Shown here: in pieces, positions 1 through 10,143 of the stretch
Numbering within the stretch: the stretch's first letter is position 1
Layout: every line of letters starts with the position of its first letter
Source of the DNA: a virus
Virus record (IMG/VR): IMGVR_UViG_3300034073_003245
Coordinates: 21,717 to 85,716 of that record
Length of the DNA: 64,000 nucleotides
Strand: one strand, 5' to 3'
Notes under the pieces: generated by a model
What the model saw: only the letters and a program-made list of their open reading frames with translations
Database searches by the model: none
What the model was told of the DNA's origin: nothing
Made by a program: the position numbers and the translations under genes

Positions 1-555
1 CTCATGTGTCGCCCAGTCAAGAGTAATACCGTGTCTTTCGTCTGCGAAGAAATACGCTTTATCGTCTGTGGCGTTCCAATAGACGTAGGCAGTTGGCGTG
101 TCTTCATCCCATGTAAAAAATGTTGTTTTATAAGAAAGAACACCGCTTGCATTAAAGTAGATGTAGTAAAGGCCAGTAGTGTCAGGAATCGTGACGGTTT
201 CTGTTGTGGTCTTTACGTAGCGTACGCCCTTGCACCAGACCGTATATGACGTTACGCTTGGGGCAATAGAAAATGTTCTTGTTGCCTCATTGAATGAAAT
301 AACGCTTTCTGACTTATCTTCGTGGCCAATTGGTTCTGAATCAGCGCCAGTTGCATTAACCCACTCTGAGCCGTCGTACTCTAGGAATTCTCCATTTTGT
401 GGCGTTGTTATGCCAACATCAGTCAGATCATCAAGCGGTATTCCTACGCCGGTTCCACTGACAAGACGCCAGGCACTGCCGTCCCACTTCCAGGTCTTGG
501 AACCGGCAGTAAATTCGTCGTTTACGGATGGTGTATTTGGGAAGTCAATAGCCAC
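1..555 (-). CDS. tail fibre / virion protein, partial (runs off window start)
   Basis: Not in ORF track. GTG at 555 overlaps upstream TAG (TAGTG) and the frame is open to base 1. Begins MAIDFPNTPSVNDEFTAGSKTWKWDGSAW, paralogous to the N-terminus of 731..2029; has an LDDLTDV...YDGSEWVN fibre repeat. Confidence 0.8.
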   Translation of the reverse strand, partial: MAIDFPNTPSVNDEFTAGSKTWKWDGSAWRLVSGTGVGIPLDDLTDVGITTPQNGEFLEYDGSEWVNATGADSEPIGHEDKSESVISFNEATRTFSIAPSVTSYTVWCKGVRYVKTTTETVTIPDTTGLYYIYFNASGVLSYKTTFFTWDEDTPTAYVYWNATDDKAYFFADERHGITLDWATHE

Positions 556-731
556 TACTCAACCTCCCACGGTTCAGGTGTGTTACCCTCAGCAAGCCAC
601 GCAAGATACTGTTGATAATCAGTATTAGCAGGATCGGGGGGAATAGACAAAACCATTCCATCTTCAGTTCGTGCCATGATTGATTCCTGTGAACCAACAG
701 GCCGTTCGTGTTTCCAAATCAAGTATCGCAT
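555..731 (-). CDS. small tail-fibre-associated protein (58 aa; putative fibre assembly chaperone)
   Basis: Not in ORF track. ATG overlaps upstream TAA (TAATG). Translates [58 protein letters not shown]; paralog at 3578..3745. Confidence 0.8.
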   Translation of the reverse strand: MRYLIWKHERPVGSQESIMARTEDGMVLSIPPDPANTDYQQYLAWLAEGNTPEPWEVE

Positions 732-2029
732 TACAACTCAGCCTGAACAGAAATAAACGCATTAGCATTTCTTGTGTACAACATCCCGGCTACCCCGTTA
801 GTGCTTGTTGCACCAACAATAGACCCATACACACGACAACTATGGGGTGTTGCTTGGTCAAGAGTCATTGAATCAACTCTTTGTTCTACGGCCAGCACAT
901 ACACACCGTAATATTGGGAGCCGGAAACATAGGACAGCGTGGGGGTAGCCCTCATATGTTGGGGAAAATGAAGCACTGCTTCCCATGTTGTGCTTCCTGT
1001 CATGTATGCCAATCCGAACGCTTTGCCTGTGCCGGATGCGAGATTGGTGTAGTACCGCTGGCAGAGTGCCAACTCAATACCATACGGTCTCTGCTCAAAC
1101 GGGGTCGCCTGAGAGTTGGCCTCTAATTGCACGCCCGTAATGGCAAATATGTCGTTTGTCGTATCAAGTGCATCAACTGTCCCAGTTGCACCAAGAATGA
1201 TTCCGGTAGAATCGCTAAACCAAGAATTAACCGTTGAGGTCTGCTGCTCGCTGCCGATCTGAACGGGGAAGTAAACACGCAGACCAGTGCCGTTGTCCTT
1301 TAACCATGTGCCAGACGAATCACCGGGCAAGGTAACTGTTTTGTACTCCCAAGTATTTACCGCATTAACCGTATAGGTAGTAATGTATTTTCTATCTTCA
1401 GAGTTATTCCCGAAGGCGACAGAATGAGTCCCAGTTGCTGCAGAACGGACCCAGAAAGAAAGGCTTAGTTGCTTTGCCTCGCTGGTGCCATAGGCTAGAA
1501 AAGCAACATTGTTTCCCTCAATACGGTGTTCAAAGTAGTTAGCCGAACTGGTCCCAGCGGCAAGACCTAGAGTTGCCGTCATTCTTAGGGAGTTTGTAAA
1601 CCCAGTAGGCGCGTCTGTTGATTGCGCTACGCTCATCGCGGAACCACCAAACTTAAAAAAATACCATCGGTCAACAGAGTACCCAGCGCCAGTAATGGTG
1701 GCATTACGCTGGTTTATCAGCATATCTCCATTGATGATGAGGTTGCGGTTCGCTGGGGCTCCCGTAGAGCCAGCCGGACCAGTCTCGCCCTGAATACCTT
1801 GCGGACCAGGGTCACCCTGAACCCCCTGCGGACCAGCAGGACCAGTTTCACCCTGAATGCCTTGCGGGCCGGTTGCGCCAGTTTCTCCCTGTGGGCCCTG
1901 TGGCCCTGTCGGCCCTACTGCGCCGCCGACAACCAAAAGAATCCAGGATGATCCGTCCCACTTCCACGTACGGTCGCCAGAAGTGAATTCGTCGTTTAGT
2001 GCTGGGGAGTTAGGAAAATCAATAGCCAT
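731..2029 (-). CDS. tail fibre protein with collagen-like segment and carbohydrate-binding-like domain
   Basis: G-X-Y repeats ([18 protein letters not shown]...), [14 protein letters not shown] and [19 protein letters not shown] motifs typical of phage fibre proteins. Confidence 0.8.
   Translation of the reverse strand: MAIDFPNSPALNDEFTSGDRTWKWDGSSWILLVVGGAVGPTGPQGPQGETGATGPQGIQGETGPAGPQGVQGDPGPQGIQGETGPAGSTGAPANRNLIINGDMLINQRNATITGAGYSVDRWYFFKFGGSAMSVAQSTDAPTGFTNSLRMTATLGLAAGTSSANYFEHRIEGNNVAFLAYGTSEAKQLSLSFWVRSAATGTHSVAFGNNSEDRKYITTYTVNAVNTWEYKTVTLPGDSSGTWLKDNGTGLRVYFPVQIGSEQQTSTVNSWFSDSTGIILGATGTVDALDTTNDIFAITGVQLEANSQATPFEQRPYGIELALCQRYYTNLASGTGKAFGLAYMTGSTTWEAVLHFPQHMRATPTLSYVSGSQYYGVYVLAVEQRVDSMTLDQATPHSCRVYGSIVGATSTNGVAGMLYTRNANAFISVQAEL
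1757..1915 (-). repeat. collagen-like Gly-X-Y coding repeat
   Basis: About 17 consecutive G-X-Y triplets within 731..2029. Confidence 0.85.
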
Positions 2030-2039
2030 TTACATACCC

Positions 2040-2735
2040 CTAGTTACGGTAACCGTACACCCGAATAGTGCCACCATTGAAGTTTCCAGAACTCATGTTT
2101 AGCGTAAAGCCAGTGTATGGTTCATTATTTGCCTGCATCCCGCCGCCGTAGCCAAATACATCTTCCATGCTGGCCATCCATGTAGCGTTAGTGCGAAAGC
2201 CCCTATTTGGGTTGAAGACCGTCATATCAACAGCACCATCGTCTGTTCTGCTTGAATAAGCCAAGACCCAGTATGCTCCGTTGTTAATCCTGTTGTAAGA
2301 CGGAGTTGCACTTGATGCTGCTTGGTAACTGTAGACAGAGTAGTAACCGGAGTTTACCCCAGTTAATGTGAAAAAAATAAAAGCGGCTGCAGTATCAATG
2401 TCAATTTTTGACATCATAATTTTATAGTTGTCATAACTTGAATTGAAAGCATTTGTAACACTCACTGTTGATATTCCAGAGTTTACTGTGATGACACCAT
2501 TTGATGCTGTGCCACCCGCTGAACACCCAACACCCGTAATCAACTCTAATCCCGGTGGGTTTGCTGTCGTTGAGTTCGGCGCAACCCACGCCGACCCGTT
2601 CCACACCAACAACTGATTCGTGTCCAACTGGTAGATCAGTTGCCCCTCATACGGAGAGACAGGACGGCTAGCAGTGTCAGCAACAACACCAGCCTGAGCA
2701 ATACGAGACGACGGGATTTGATTACTGAGGCCCAT
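2040..2735 (-). CDS. tail fibre / receptor-binding-like virion protein
   Basis: ATG at 2735 overlaps upstream TGA. RPxSPYEGQxIYxxDT...WNGSAW N-terminus and YDNYKI...G.I.VYGYR C-terminus shared with 2844..3578. Confidence 0.7.
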   Translation of the reverse strand: MGLSNQIPSSRIAQAGVVADTASRPVSPYEGQLIYQLDTNQLLVWNGSAWVAPNSTTANPPGLELITGVGCSAGGTASNGVITVNSGISTVSVTNAFNSSYDNYKIMMSKIDIDTAAAFIFFTLTGVNSGYYSVYSYQAASSATPSYNRINNGAYWVLAYSSRTDDGAVDMTVFNPNRGFRTNATWMASMEDVFGYGGGMQANNEPYTGFTLNMSSGNFNGGTIRVYGYRN

Positions 2736-2863
2736 CACTCACCACCCAATAGTTCAGGTGTGTTCGCCTGCTGTTCCATCCAGGCCTCGTATTCCTCTTC
2801 CGTCATCGGACGCACAAGGTCATCAATCTGGATATTGGGCCATTCAGGACTTTCTGTATCCAT
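2735..2863 (-). CDS. small fibre-associated protein (42 aa)
   Basis: Not in ORF track. Translates MDTESPEWPNIQIDDLVRPMTEEEYEAWMEQQANTPELLGGE; fills the gap between two fibre genes with coupled overlaps. Confidence 0.65.
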   Translation of the reverse strand: MDTESPEWPNIQIDDLVRPMTEEEYEAWMEQQANTPELLGGE

Positions 2864-3578
2864 AAACACAGATAACACCTCCATTCATCGCAGACGAAGA
2901 ACTAAGAACAAAACCAGTATAAGCAGAAGCAACTTTATGCACAGAAGTTGACCTCCCTAACCCCAAGTCTGTTCTCCAAAGTTCAGAATTGAAAATTGTG
3001 TGTCTGGCAAGATTTGGCCCCATCACGGTTATGTCACAGTATGTACCACCCGTGTAATTTGCCCCTGCCCAGTTAGCAGATGTCTGACTGACGCTCCTTG
3101 CGGCCTGTGGTGAACCTGAACCAAATGTTACATATGTGATAGCAGAGTCATAATCCGCACTAGTACCGCCAGACAACTGAATATTCATATCGCCATTAGC
3201 AGAACCAGCGCCCCCAGAATAAAGAATTTTATAGTTATCGTATGTTGAAGAAAAGGCACTAGATACTGTTACAGAATAAACATTATTGCCGACCGTTTGT
3301 GACTTAATAAAAACTAGACCACCAGCAGAATTAGCAAATGCGGTAGTGGCTATTTGTGTCGTATTTGTACCAGTCGTAGCAGTAGGTGATGTAGGAACCC
3401 CGGTTAGCGATGGTGAATCGCTAGAAATAAAATTTCCATCCCACGAAGAACCATTCCAAATTTTGACAAGGTCTGTGTCGGTCTCGTAGATCATCTGTCC
3501 CTCATACGGAGTGGTGGGGCGTGTGGTTGATGTGCAGACTCCGGGCCTGAACCCCGACTCAAGGTTGTTGATAGCCAT
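2844..3578 (-). CDS. tail fibre / receptor-binding-like virion protein
   Basis: Start at ATG 3578 (TAATG overlap). SPSLTGVPTSPTA...TQIATTAF fibre motif; paralog of 2040..2735. Confidence 0.72.
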   Translation of the reverse strand: MAINNLESGFRPGVCTSTTRPTTPYEGQMIYETDTDLVKIWNGSSWDGNFISSDSPSLTGVPTSPTATTGTNTTQIATTAFANSAGGLVFIKSQTVGNNVYSVTVSSAFSSTYDNYKILYSGGAGSANGDMNIQLSGGTSADYDSAITYVTFGSGSPQAARSVSQTSANWAGANYTGGTYCDITVMGPNLARHTIFNSELWRTDLGLGRSTSVHKVASAYTGFVLSSSSAMNGGVICVYGYRKS

Positions 3579-3745
3579 TACTGGGCCTCCCACGGTTCAG
3601 GTGTGTTGCCTTCTTCTAGCCACGCAAGATACTGCTGATAATCGGTGTTCGCTAAATCTTTAGGTATAGCACAAATAAAATCATCATTGTGAAACATGCA
3701 TAGATAATCAGAAACCAAATCTTTATATTCTTTATATTTAATCAT
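3578..3745 (-). CDS. small tail-fibre-associated protein (55 aa)
   Basis: Not in ORF track. Translates MIKYKEYKDLVSDYLCMFHNDDFICAIPKDLANTDYQQYLAWLEEGNTPEPWEAQ; TAATG overlaps at both ends; paralog of 555..731. Confidence 0.8.
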   Translation of the reverse strand: MIKYKEYKDLVSDYLCMFHNDDFICAIPKDLANTDYQQYLAWLEEGNTPEPWEAQ

Positions 3746-4785
3746 TACAACTCCGAACTAAGCCATAAAGTTCTATTTGGGTCGCCCCAGTTGCCAAAAT
3801 AAATTGTTCCATTTCCTAGTGCAGCGCCAGAATAATTAAACTGAATACCTAGCCCACCGCCATAGATTCCGTAAGAAGTGATTGTTCTAAGGTTTGAATT
3901 ATTGTCTGCAATGTATGGGGGGTAAGACCCTATTGGATATGTTGGGTCAGTGCTGGCGGAAGGGACAGCCCTCATAGGAACCGGGTTAAGAACATTAATA
4001 GGAACAACTGCATATGTTCCAAAACCTGAAATCTGAAATGAAGGCAACCCAGTAACAGACAAAGGCTTAGCCCAAAAGTACCGCTGGCACAACGCCAACT
4101 CGGCACCTATCGGCCTCTGCTCAAACGGGGTTGCCTTAAGATTGACTTCAACCTGCACATTAGTAATATGATACTCAAAAGAAGAAAAACTACTATTTTC
4201 AAACTCCAGAGCAACATAACTGGTGTTTGCAGTAGTGCCAAGAGTTTTTCCTGAAATACTAGGAGGAACAAAAGTGTACGAATATTCTTTCCACGATGAA
4301 GAAAGACTAATTGAAGTAGCAACAGTAGTAGAAACCTGACTTGACGGAGAACCACCAGTCCCAAAATTCTGAACAATTCTCAAGGTTTGTATTGCGTTGT
4401 TACTTGGAGATTTTGCCCAAAAAGAAACAGTAACAGGAAACGGAGGAAGAGAGTTGACATTCTCAATTCTCTGAATAAGCCTTCTAGAAGCACCAGTGCC
4501 CCCATACCAACGAATATACCTTTCAATAGGTGTTATACCCGCATAATCCACCCCAGGGGATGTAGAAACAATATCAACCATGCTCAAAGTAAGAGGAAGC
4601 CCTGAATCGCTAGATGAAATAGCCCACCTATCTGCGGTATACACCAAAGCACCCGCTTGACCTGCCGCGATACTTGTAGTAGTACCCCTTTGATTAATCC
4701 GCATATTTCCATTAATGATAAGATTGCGGAAACCCAACCCTGCCGGAAAAAATGCAGACGGCCCTAGAGCAGCAGAAATACCCAT
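3745..4785 (-). CDS. tail fibre protein (carbohydrate-binding-like domain)
   Basis: Likely start MGISAALG at 4785. RNLIINGNMRINQR and [19 protein letters not shown] shared with 731..2029. Confidence 0.75.
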   Translation of the reverse strand: MGISAALGPSAFFPAGLGFRNLIINGNMRINQRGTTTSIAAGQAGALVYTADRWAISSSDSGLPLTLSMVDIVSTSPGVDYAGITPIERYIRWYGGTGASRRLIQRIENVNSLPPFPVTVSFWAKSPSNNAIQTLRIVQNFGTGGSPSSQVSTTVATSISLSSSWKEYSYTFVPPSISGKTLGTTANTSYVALEFENSSFSSFEYHITNVQVEVNLKATPFEQRPIGAELALCQRYFWAKPLSVTGLPSFQISGFGTYAVVPINVLNPVPMRAVPSASTDPTYPIGSYPPYIADNNSNLRTITSYGIYGGGLGIQFNYSGAALGNGTIYFGNWGDPNRTLWLSSEL

Positions 4786-4787
4786 CC

Positions 4788-5120
4788 CTAGACTTCCTTT
4801 TCCCAACCCATAACCGTGCAATTCACGCCCGCACGGTCAGCAAACCCCTGAAGGGTTTCAGCGGCCTCCAACACCAACGCCGTATCCCACACAATCGTGT
4901 CGTACGCCGCAATCGGCAACGCCGACAAAACACGGTTTGACGCTGTAGCCGCCGATCCGATAGCGAGATAGATCAACGCCTCAGCACCGCCAGTGTTAGT
5001 AAACACAACCTGCTTCAGCGTCCACTGCCGTGATGCTGGGACCGTTGCGAGGGTGTCGTTGCTGGTCGGCATCTCCGCAGGTCCATCTAGTCTTTTTTCA
5101 GTTCTGTCGCCAGCGGCCAT
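4788..5120 (-). CDS. small virion structural protein
   Basis: 110-aa beta-rich ORF (TLATVPA...LVLEAAETL) coupled within the fibre cluster. Confidence 0.55.
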   Translation of the reverse strand: MAAGDRTEKRLDGPAEMPTSNDTLATVPASRQWTLKQVVFTNTGGAEALIYLAIGSAATASNRVLSALPIAAYDTIVWDTALVLEAAETLQGFADRAGVNCTVMGWEKEV

Positions 5121-5121
5121 G

Positions 5122-6516
5122 TCAAACTCCTACGTCCATTGCCAAAATTGCGCCATAGCGAGGGTCGCTATAGGCATCTGTTGTGACGGCCTTATAGTTT
5201 GTGCCATCAGTTGTCAGTTCCCACTTGTCTGTTGTCTCGTTCCAGCGCAGTTGCACATTAACAGAAGTTCCACGCTCAATCTCTATTCCAGCGTTAAGAG
5301 TTGGAGAACCAGTGACGCCAGAATTTAGTACAACTATGTTGTCTTCAACGAGCAAATTCTCTGTATTGAGAGTTGTAGTTGTTCCAGAGACAGTCAAATC
5401 TCCAGTGACGACAAGATTGTCGTCAATCGTAACGGTGCCACCGGCTGAATCAATTGTTAGGTTCCCAGTAGTTGTATCAATTTCCCCAGTATCAGTTACC
5501 CCGACTCTTATTTTTCCAGATGTAACTGAGTCAAAAGTTACTGCGTCGCCCGTCCCAACCGCCTGCCCAATCGCAATAGTCGGGTTTGAGCCTTCGCCTG
5601 GGGTGTGAGTAACGGTGACGCCGGTGCCTGCGGTTACATCAGAAACATAGTTGCCAGTTGTATCTGTGCCAAGGTCAATAGCGTCGTTTACCCAGGCTGA
5701 GCCGCTCCATTTCAAGAACTGACCACTAGCAGGCTCACCGATGCTTACGTCGCCAATGTCGTCAAGAGAAGTAATAGTGGTGCCAGCATTGTCTGTGCTG
5801 TTAATCCAGTTGGTTCCGTTGTATTTGAGGACCTGTCCCTCTGTGGGGGAAGTGATTACAACGTCGCCAATGTCATTGATTGAAGTAATGCTTGGTGTTC
5901 CGCCAGCGAGTTCTACCCATGAAGAATCGTAGTAAATAAAACTGCGACCAGTGCTTGAATCAAACCATAAGTCACCCTCAGATGGAGCAATTGGAGCAGT
6001 GTCGCTTACCTCAATGCTTGCGCCACCACCGCCGCCACCCCCTCCGCCAGTTTCAATCCAGGCGGAGTCGTAGTAAACAAACATTGAACCGGTATCAGAC
6101 TCGTACCAAAGATCCCCTTCTTCCGGCTCTGCAGGGGGTGTGTCGCTAATTTCAATACTTGCTCCGCCCCCTCCGGTGACTTGATTCCAAAGATTGTTGG
6201 AGCGGAAGTAAAATACATGGTTAGTAGTGTCAATGGCAATCGCGCCATTTGGTAGTGCTGTAGTGGGGATGCCGTCTGTGGTTACGGTAATAAGACCACT
6301 GATGGCCTTGAACACATCATCTGTTACAAGGGTGTTCTCGCCATCCCTGTAAAGAGTGGTGTCACCAGCAGATGATCCTGCTGACCATGTAATACGCCCG
6401 CCTGCATCTATGCGGATTCTTGGGTGACCATCACCGTTGACACGGGCTGATACAGCCTCATCAGATGGGGAACTGAATTCAATCCCCCTCAGGGGAGTGC
6501 CAACGAATCTTGTCAC
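5122..6516 (-). CDS. tail fibre protein
   Basis: Duplicated ISDTxP..P.EGDLW(Y/F).S..G..(F/Y)VYYDS.W and INDIGDV...GQ.LK(Y/W).G..W.N fibre repeats. Confidence 0.7.
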   Translation of the reverse strand: MTRFVGTPLRGIEFSSPSDEAVSARVNGDGHPRIRIDAGGRITWSAGSSAGDTTLYRDGENTLVTDDVFKAISGLITVTTDGIPTTALPNGAIAIDTTNHVFYFRSNNLWNQVTGGGGASIEISDTPPAEPEEGDLWYESDTGSMFVYYDSAWIETGGGGGGGGGASIEVSDTAPIAPSEGDLWFDSSTGRSFIYYDSSWVELAGGTPSITSINDIGDVVITSPTEGQVLKYNGTNWINSTDNAGTTITSLDDIGDVSIGEPASGQFLKWSGSAWVNDAIDLGTDTTGNYVSDVTAGTGVTVTHTPGEGSNPTIAIGQAVGTGDAVTFDSVTSGKIRVGVTDTGEIDTTTGNLTIDSAGGTVTIDDNLVVTGDLTVSGTTTTLNTENLLVEDNIVVLNSGVTGSPTLNAGIEIERGTSVNVQLRWNETTDKWELTTDGTNYKAVTTDAYSDPRYGAILAMDVGV

Positions 6517-6560
6517 GACCTCAATCGCTTTCTTGTTTGCAGCCCCCTCGGGGGCTTATA

Positions 6561-6749
6561 TTAGGCCTTCTTGCCGAATGCTGTGTCGCCTGGGTTCAGG
6601 TAACGCATCACCACTGGGAGCGCCGCCGCCCACAGAGCGTTGAGCGTCAACTTGATGTCCTGGGTGGCAACATAGGTTGACACGCCAGCACCAAGAACGC
6701 TGCGGGCGTAAGAGGCGAGCATTGCCTTGTGTTCTGCTGATAGTTTCAT
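6561..6749 (-). CDS. putative holin / small membrane protein
   Basis: 62 aa, two hydrophobic segments, C-terminal RYLNPGDTAFG motif resembling actinophage holins; SD AGGAG upstream. Confidence 0.55.
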   Translation of the reverse strand: MKLSAEHKAMLASYARSVLGAGVSTYVATQDIKLTLNALWAAALPVVMRYLNPGDTAFGKKA

Positions 6750-6757
6750 GTTTTCTC

Positions 6758-8236
6758 CTAACCGATTACGACAACCGTAAAGGCATTTGATGATGGTGCT
6801 GACGAGAACTGAACAGTCACGGTATCCGCATCAGTGCGAATCGTGTCAGCGATAACCGTGTCATAACTTGATGAATCGTAAACCTGAATAAGCACTTCTC
6901 TTGTATTAAAACCATGAATTACGGTAAATGAAGTGTCAACTCCATTGCCAACAGTCTTGCTAACTTTTCTCGCAAGAGAAGGGGTCGTAACGCCGGAACC
7001 CTGAACTCCTCCAGCCGCAAGGTTAGTTCTTGCGTTGGCTTCAGTTGAGGCTCCGGTACCACCGTGGGTTACTGGAAGATCGTTTGTAACCGCAGCAGAC
7101 TGAGAAAGGTCAACTGCGCCAAACTCTGGCACACCGCCAGCAGCGGCGCGGAGAACTTGGTGCTGAGTGCCGGCCGCTGTTACGTCAAGAGCGCCTGTAC
7201 CATTGCCGTAAATAACACCGTTGTCAGTAAACGATTCTTGTCCAGTACCACCGGCAGTAACCGCAACTGTCGTTGCATCCCATGTACCGGTTGTAATCGT
7301 TCCGAGGGTTGTAATTGACGTCTGGCCGACATATGTGGCGGCGATGTCAATTGAATCAGCGTTGACTGTGATTCTGTCGGCAGTGCCAACAGCATCAATC
7401 GTATTGCCCGTCTTTGTAAGACCATTCCCTGCCGTAATCTGCCCGGCGCCAGAGAATTGAGCAAAGTAAAGTTCTGTTGTGCCAAGAGTGATTGTGTCGT
7501 TAGTTGTAAGAACCCATCCGCTGTCGGCGTTTACCGTTCCTTCTGTAACGAAGGTGAACATTCCGGCAGTGACTTTGGCACTCGTGTCTGCATCGTCTGC
7601 TCTTGTTGGAGCGGCGCCATCATTAATGACGTAGATGCCGTTTTGGGATGCGCCAGAACCGGAGTCTTTAATAAGAACCCTATCTCCGGCAGCAAGGGTA
7701 ACGCCGTCAAGCGTATCGCCGGCCTGCAGATCTGCCAGAGCACCCCACGGATCGCTTGTTGTCGCTGCGCGAACAGACGCTTTGACATCCAGGCCTGAAC
7801 GGGCTGCATCAACGTACGCTTTTGTTGCAGCATGGGCAGGATCGGTTGGGGTGCCAAATTTTGCTTGGCCATTAGCGTCTCTTTTTACAAGCGTGCTAAC
7901 TGTTGCTTCTGAAGTCGCTCCAGTAAGAAGATTCCAAAAATCGGCAGATAGCAAACCCGCCGAATCAGTGTCGGCAAGATTCAAAGAAATTGAAATACTG
8001 CCATCAGATGCAGGTGTTAGTGTAATAGCGTCTGTATGATCGCCCGTCTTTGACAGCGTATTTATGGCGTTTTTCCAAGCCGAGTCCGTATCGTCGTACC
8101 AGCGAACGACGCCATTGGCGCTGTTGTAGTACATCCGGCCAGGGAACCCCGTTGGGTCTGTGGCTAGGACCTCAAAACGACCATTAAGAATCTGATTCTG
8201 GTTGAGATCTAGATTTGTGACGAATTTTGTTGCCAT
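6758..8236 (-). CDS. tail fibre protein
   Basis: AATKAYVD, GLDVKASVRAATT, GDRVLIKD...NGIYV, AGNGLTKTGNT and HGGTGA motifs of phage fibre shafts. Confidence 0.75.
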   Translation of the reverse strand: MATKFVTNLDLNQNQILNGRFEVLATDPTGFPGRMYYNSANGVVRWYDDTDSAWKNAINTLSKTGDHTDAITLTPASDGSISISLNLADTDSAGLLSADFWNLLTGATSEATVSTLVKRDANGQAKFGTPTDPAHAATKAYVDAARSGLDVKASVRAATTSDPWGALADLQAGDTLDGVTLAAGDRVLIKDSGSGASQNGIYVINDGAAPTRADDADTSAKVTAGMFTFVTEGTVNADSGWVLTTNDTITLGTTELYFAQFSGAGQITAGNGLTKTGNTIDAVGTADRITVNADSIDIAATYVGQTSITTLGTITTGTWDATTVAVTAGGTGQESFTDNGVIYGNGTGALDVTAAGTQHQVLRAAAGGVPEFGAVDLSQSAAVTNDLPVTHGGTGASTEANARTNLAAGGVQGSGVTTPSLARKVSKTVGNGVDTSFTVIHGFNTREVLIQVYDSSSYDTVIADTIRTDADTVTVQFSSAPSSNAFTVVVIG

Positions 8237-8246
8237 TTAGCCACCC

Positions 8247-8555
8247 TTACGTTAGATAGGCGTATCCCGAAAACGCCGCAGTGAAGGTCACCGTCACTTG
8301 CGTGTTGCTGTTATATGTTACCTCACCTATAACCACAGTATCTGCAGAATCAACCACCATTATTGACGGCTTCCCGCCCAAAGTGTGCTCAATCACCCAC
8401 TCGGTAGCAGGCATAGCCTGTGTATGTATGTGACGCCTCGTATTTCCTGCAGCGCCATTTGACCGGACGATAACTACATTTGGTGCGTCCTGGTCAACAA
8501 TGACCTGGTTAGGAGTGTCCTGAAATACATTGACGTTGTTGGGCACCGAACTCAT
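8247..8555 (-). CDS. small fibre/baseplate-associated protein
   Basis: HTQ..PATEWVIEHTLG..P...F...FSG.AYL beta-domain, similar to the C-terminus of 6758..8236. Confidence 0.6.
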   Translation of the reverse strand: MSSVPNNVNVFQDTPNQVIVDQDAPNVVIVRSNGAAGNTRRHIHTQAMPATEWVIEHTLGGKPSIMVVDSADTVVIGEVTYNSNTQVTVTFTAAFSGYAYLT

Positions 8556-8917
8556 CTCGTCACCTCAGGCGACAGAATAAAATCACCCTGAATAACTCTT
8601 GACACATTTCCGCCGCCATCAATAATTTCTAAGTCATACACACCGCTAGAAGTGAGTGCGGAGGTTTGCGTGTCGGTAATAATCACGGAGACTTTGCCAT
8701 TGTCCCCGTCAATAGATATCCCACCGTTTTCTGTGGTTAGAGAAATCATAACAGTTGACGATTCAATCGTTCTTCTTACCTGCATTCTTGCTGTATGGCC
8801 GTTTAGGTCATACGGATAGAATATTTCTGGGTCAACAGAATCTGGATATTGAATCTCAAAAACGCGGCCAAAGGTAGTTCCCTGTTCACAATATATGTTG
8901 TAAACACCTGCAATCAT
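8552..8917 (-). CDS. Ig-like baseplate/fibre adaptor protein
   Basis: IYCEQGTTF...DLNGHTARMQVR...GVYDLEI...RVIQG motif set of BppU-like adaptors. Confidence 0.65.
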   Translation of the reverse strand: MIAGVYNIYCEQGTTFGRVFEIQYPDSVDPEIFYPYDLNGHTARMQVRRTIESSTVMISLTTENGGISIDGDNGKVSVIITDTQTSALTSSGVYDLEIIDGGGNVSRVIQGDFILSPEVTR

Positions 8918-8964
8918 TTTAGCCTCTCGCGCTTGTCTGGGTACCTCTATTGTGCCCTATTTGC

Positions 8965-10143
8965 TTATAGTGTGGCAGAACCAAGCCGCCCATAAATTGG
9001 ATCCCCAAGAACAAGGTTGATTTCTTCAACCGACTCATGGCTTAGCGAATACCCCAGCGGTCTTGCCGGCTCTGCTGCGGCAAGGATTATTTCAGAATCA
9101 GGGCTTTCGCTAGTAATTGTAATAATTTTTATAGCCCATGGATCACCACCAGAAATCTGGGAAATGATGACTGTTTTTGTGCCAGTTAGAACGAATTGCA
9201 CCGCTTCCCTAATGGCCTGCTGGGTCCCCGCGCCAGAACCATAACCAGCAGGGCTCAACTGCCATGTTCTAAAATCTTCCAGATTTTCTTCTGGTATAAC
9301 TGGCGCGCCGAGATAATAAACCTGTTTTCTCAGTTTATTGCCACTGAACTGTGCCAGCCACTGTACATACTCGTCTCTTACGACCTTATAGTTTGCGACC
9401 CTACTTAGCATTCGTGGATCATCTTTTGTAATACCTGCGGGCACTTCTCTTTCTTCGTATTCAAACCATTCAGAATAAGAGAACATTGTGTCGGCAATTG
9501 CATCCGTAAGAACGTCAATAAACCTGAACATTGGGTAGCGCGGGTTTTCCTGCAAAGCGTCGTACTCAGCGTAGAAACCAGGCATATACGGCTTCATGCT
9601 GTTAATGACCGGATTAGATAGCCACGCTGAATCATTTACAAAATTGGGCGTTGAAATCCTTACTCTTGTGGTGTTGTGATTTGAGATAATTAAATCAAGT
9701 TTATAAAAGTTTGAATAAACACCATCTGCCTCATTGACCGTGTATTGGTTTGACCTAAAAGCCCCCCACAGCCCGGCTTGCAGTGTTTTTTGAACGCCGG
9801 CATTTGGTTCCGTTTCTTCAACATCATAAATACGCGCCGTTACTGTGACGTCGTAGTTTTGAGATATTAGTACACCTGTAAAAACGAATATTTGTCCAAT
9901 GTCTTCTGTTTCAAGAAAACTGTCAAGCGGTATTGTCACCGTGACTGGTCCAGGGCCGCTTGGCGCAACGTCAACTACATAAAAGTTTGGTGTATAAGGA
10001 TTATCTGATGTAACAACAAGTGAACCGCCAGAGCATGACCAGGCAAATGAAGAAGATATGTCATTTATTGAATACTCAGTAGTGCCGTCAACAGAAAACC
10101 TTCGTAGCGCGTTATAGTCGTCAAGTCTCTGTATTGTCTTCAT
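8965..10143 (-). CDS. baseplate wedge protein (P2 gpI-like C-terminus)
   Basis: QWLAQFSG...AGTQQAIREAVQFVLTG...ARPLG pattern; position after baseplate J. Confidence 0.65.
   Translation of the reverse strand: MKTIQRLDDYNALRRFSVDGTTEYSINDISSSFAWSCSGGSLVVTSDNPYTPNFYVVDVAPSGPGPVTVTIPLDSFLETEDIGQIFVFTGVLISQNYDVTVTARIYDVEETEPNAGVQKTLQAGLWGAFRSNQYTVNEADGVYSNFYKLDLIISNHNTTRVRISTPNFVNDSAWLSNPVINSMKPYMPGFYAEYDALQENPRYPMFRFIDVLTDAIADTMFSYSEWFEYEEREVPAGITKDDPRMLSRVANYKVVRDEYVQWLAQFSGNKLRKQVYYLGAPVIPEENLEDFRTWQLSPAGYGSGAGTQQAIREAVQFVLTGTKTVIISQISGGDPWAIKIITITSESPDSEIILAAAEPARPLGYSLSHESVEEINLVLGDPIYGRLGSATL

Noticed and set aside
563-3650. Near-identical repeats in fibre cassettes as a DGR template/variable pair
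   Set aside because: Differences are mostly synonymous third-position changes, not adenine-specific; both copies are coding; no reverse transcriptase in the window.
6541-6556. AGCCCC-CTCG-GGGGCT hairpin as a terminator after the holin
   Set aside because: No U-tract on the coding (minus) strand; function unsupported.
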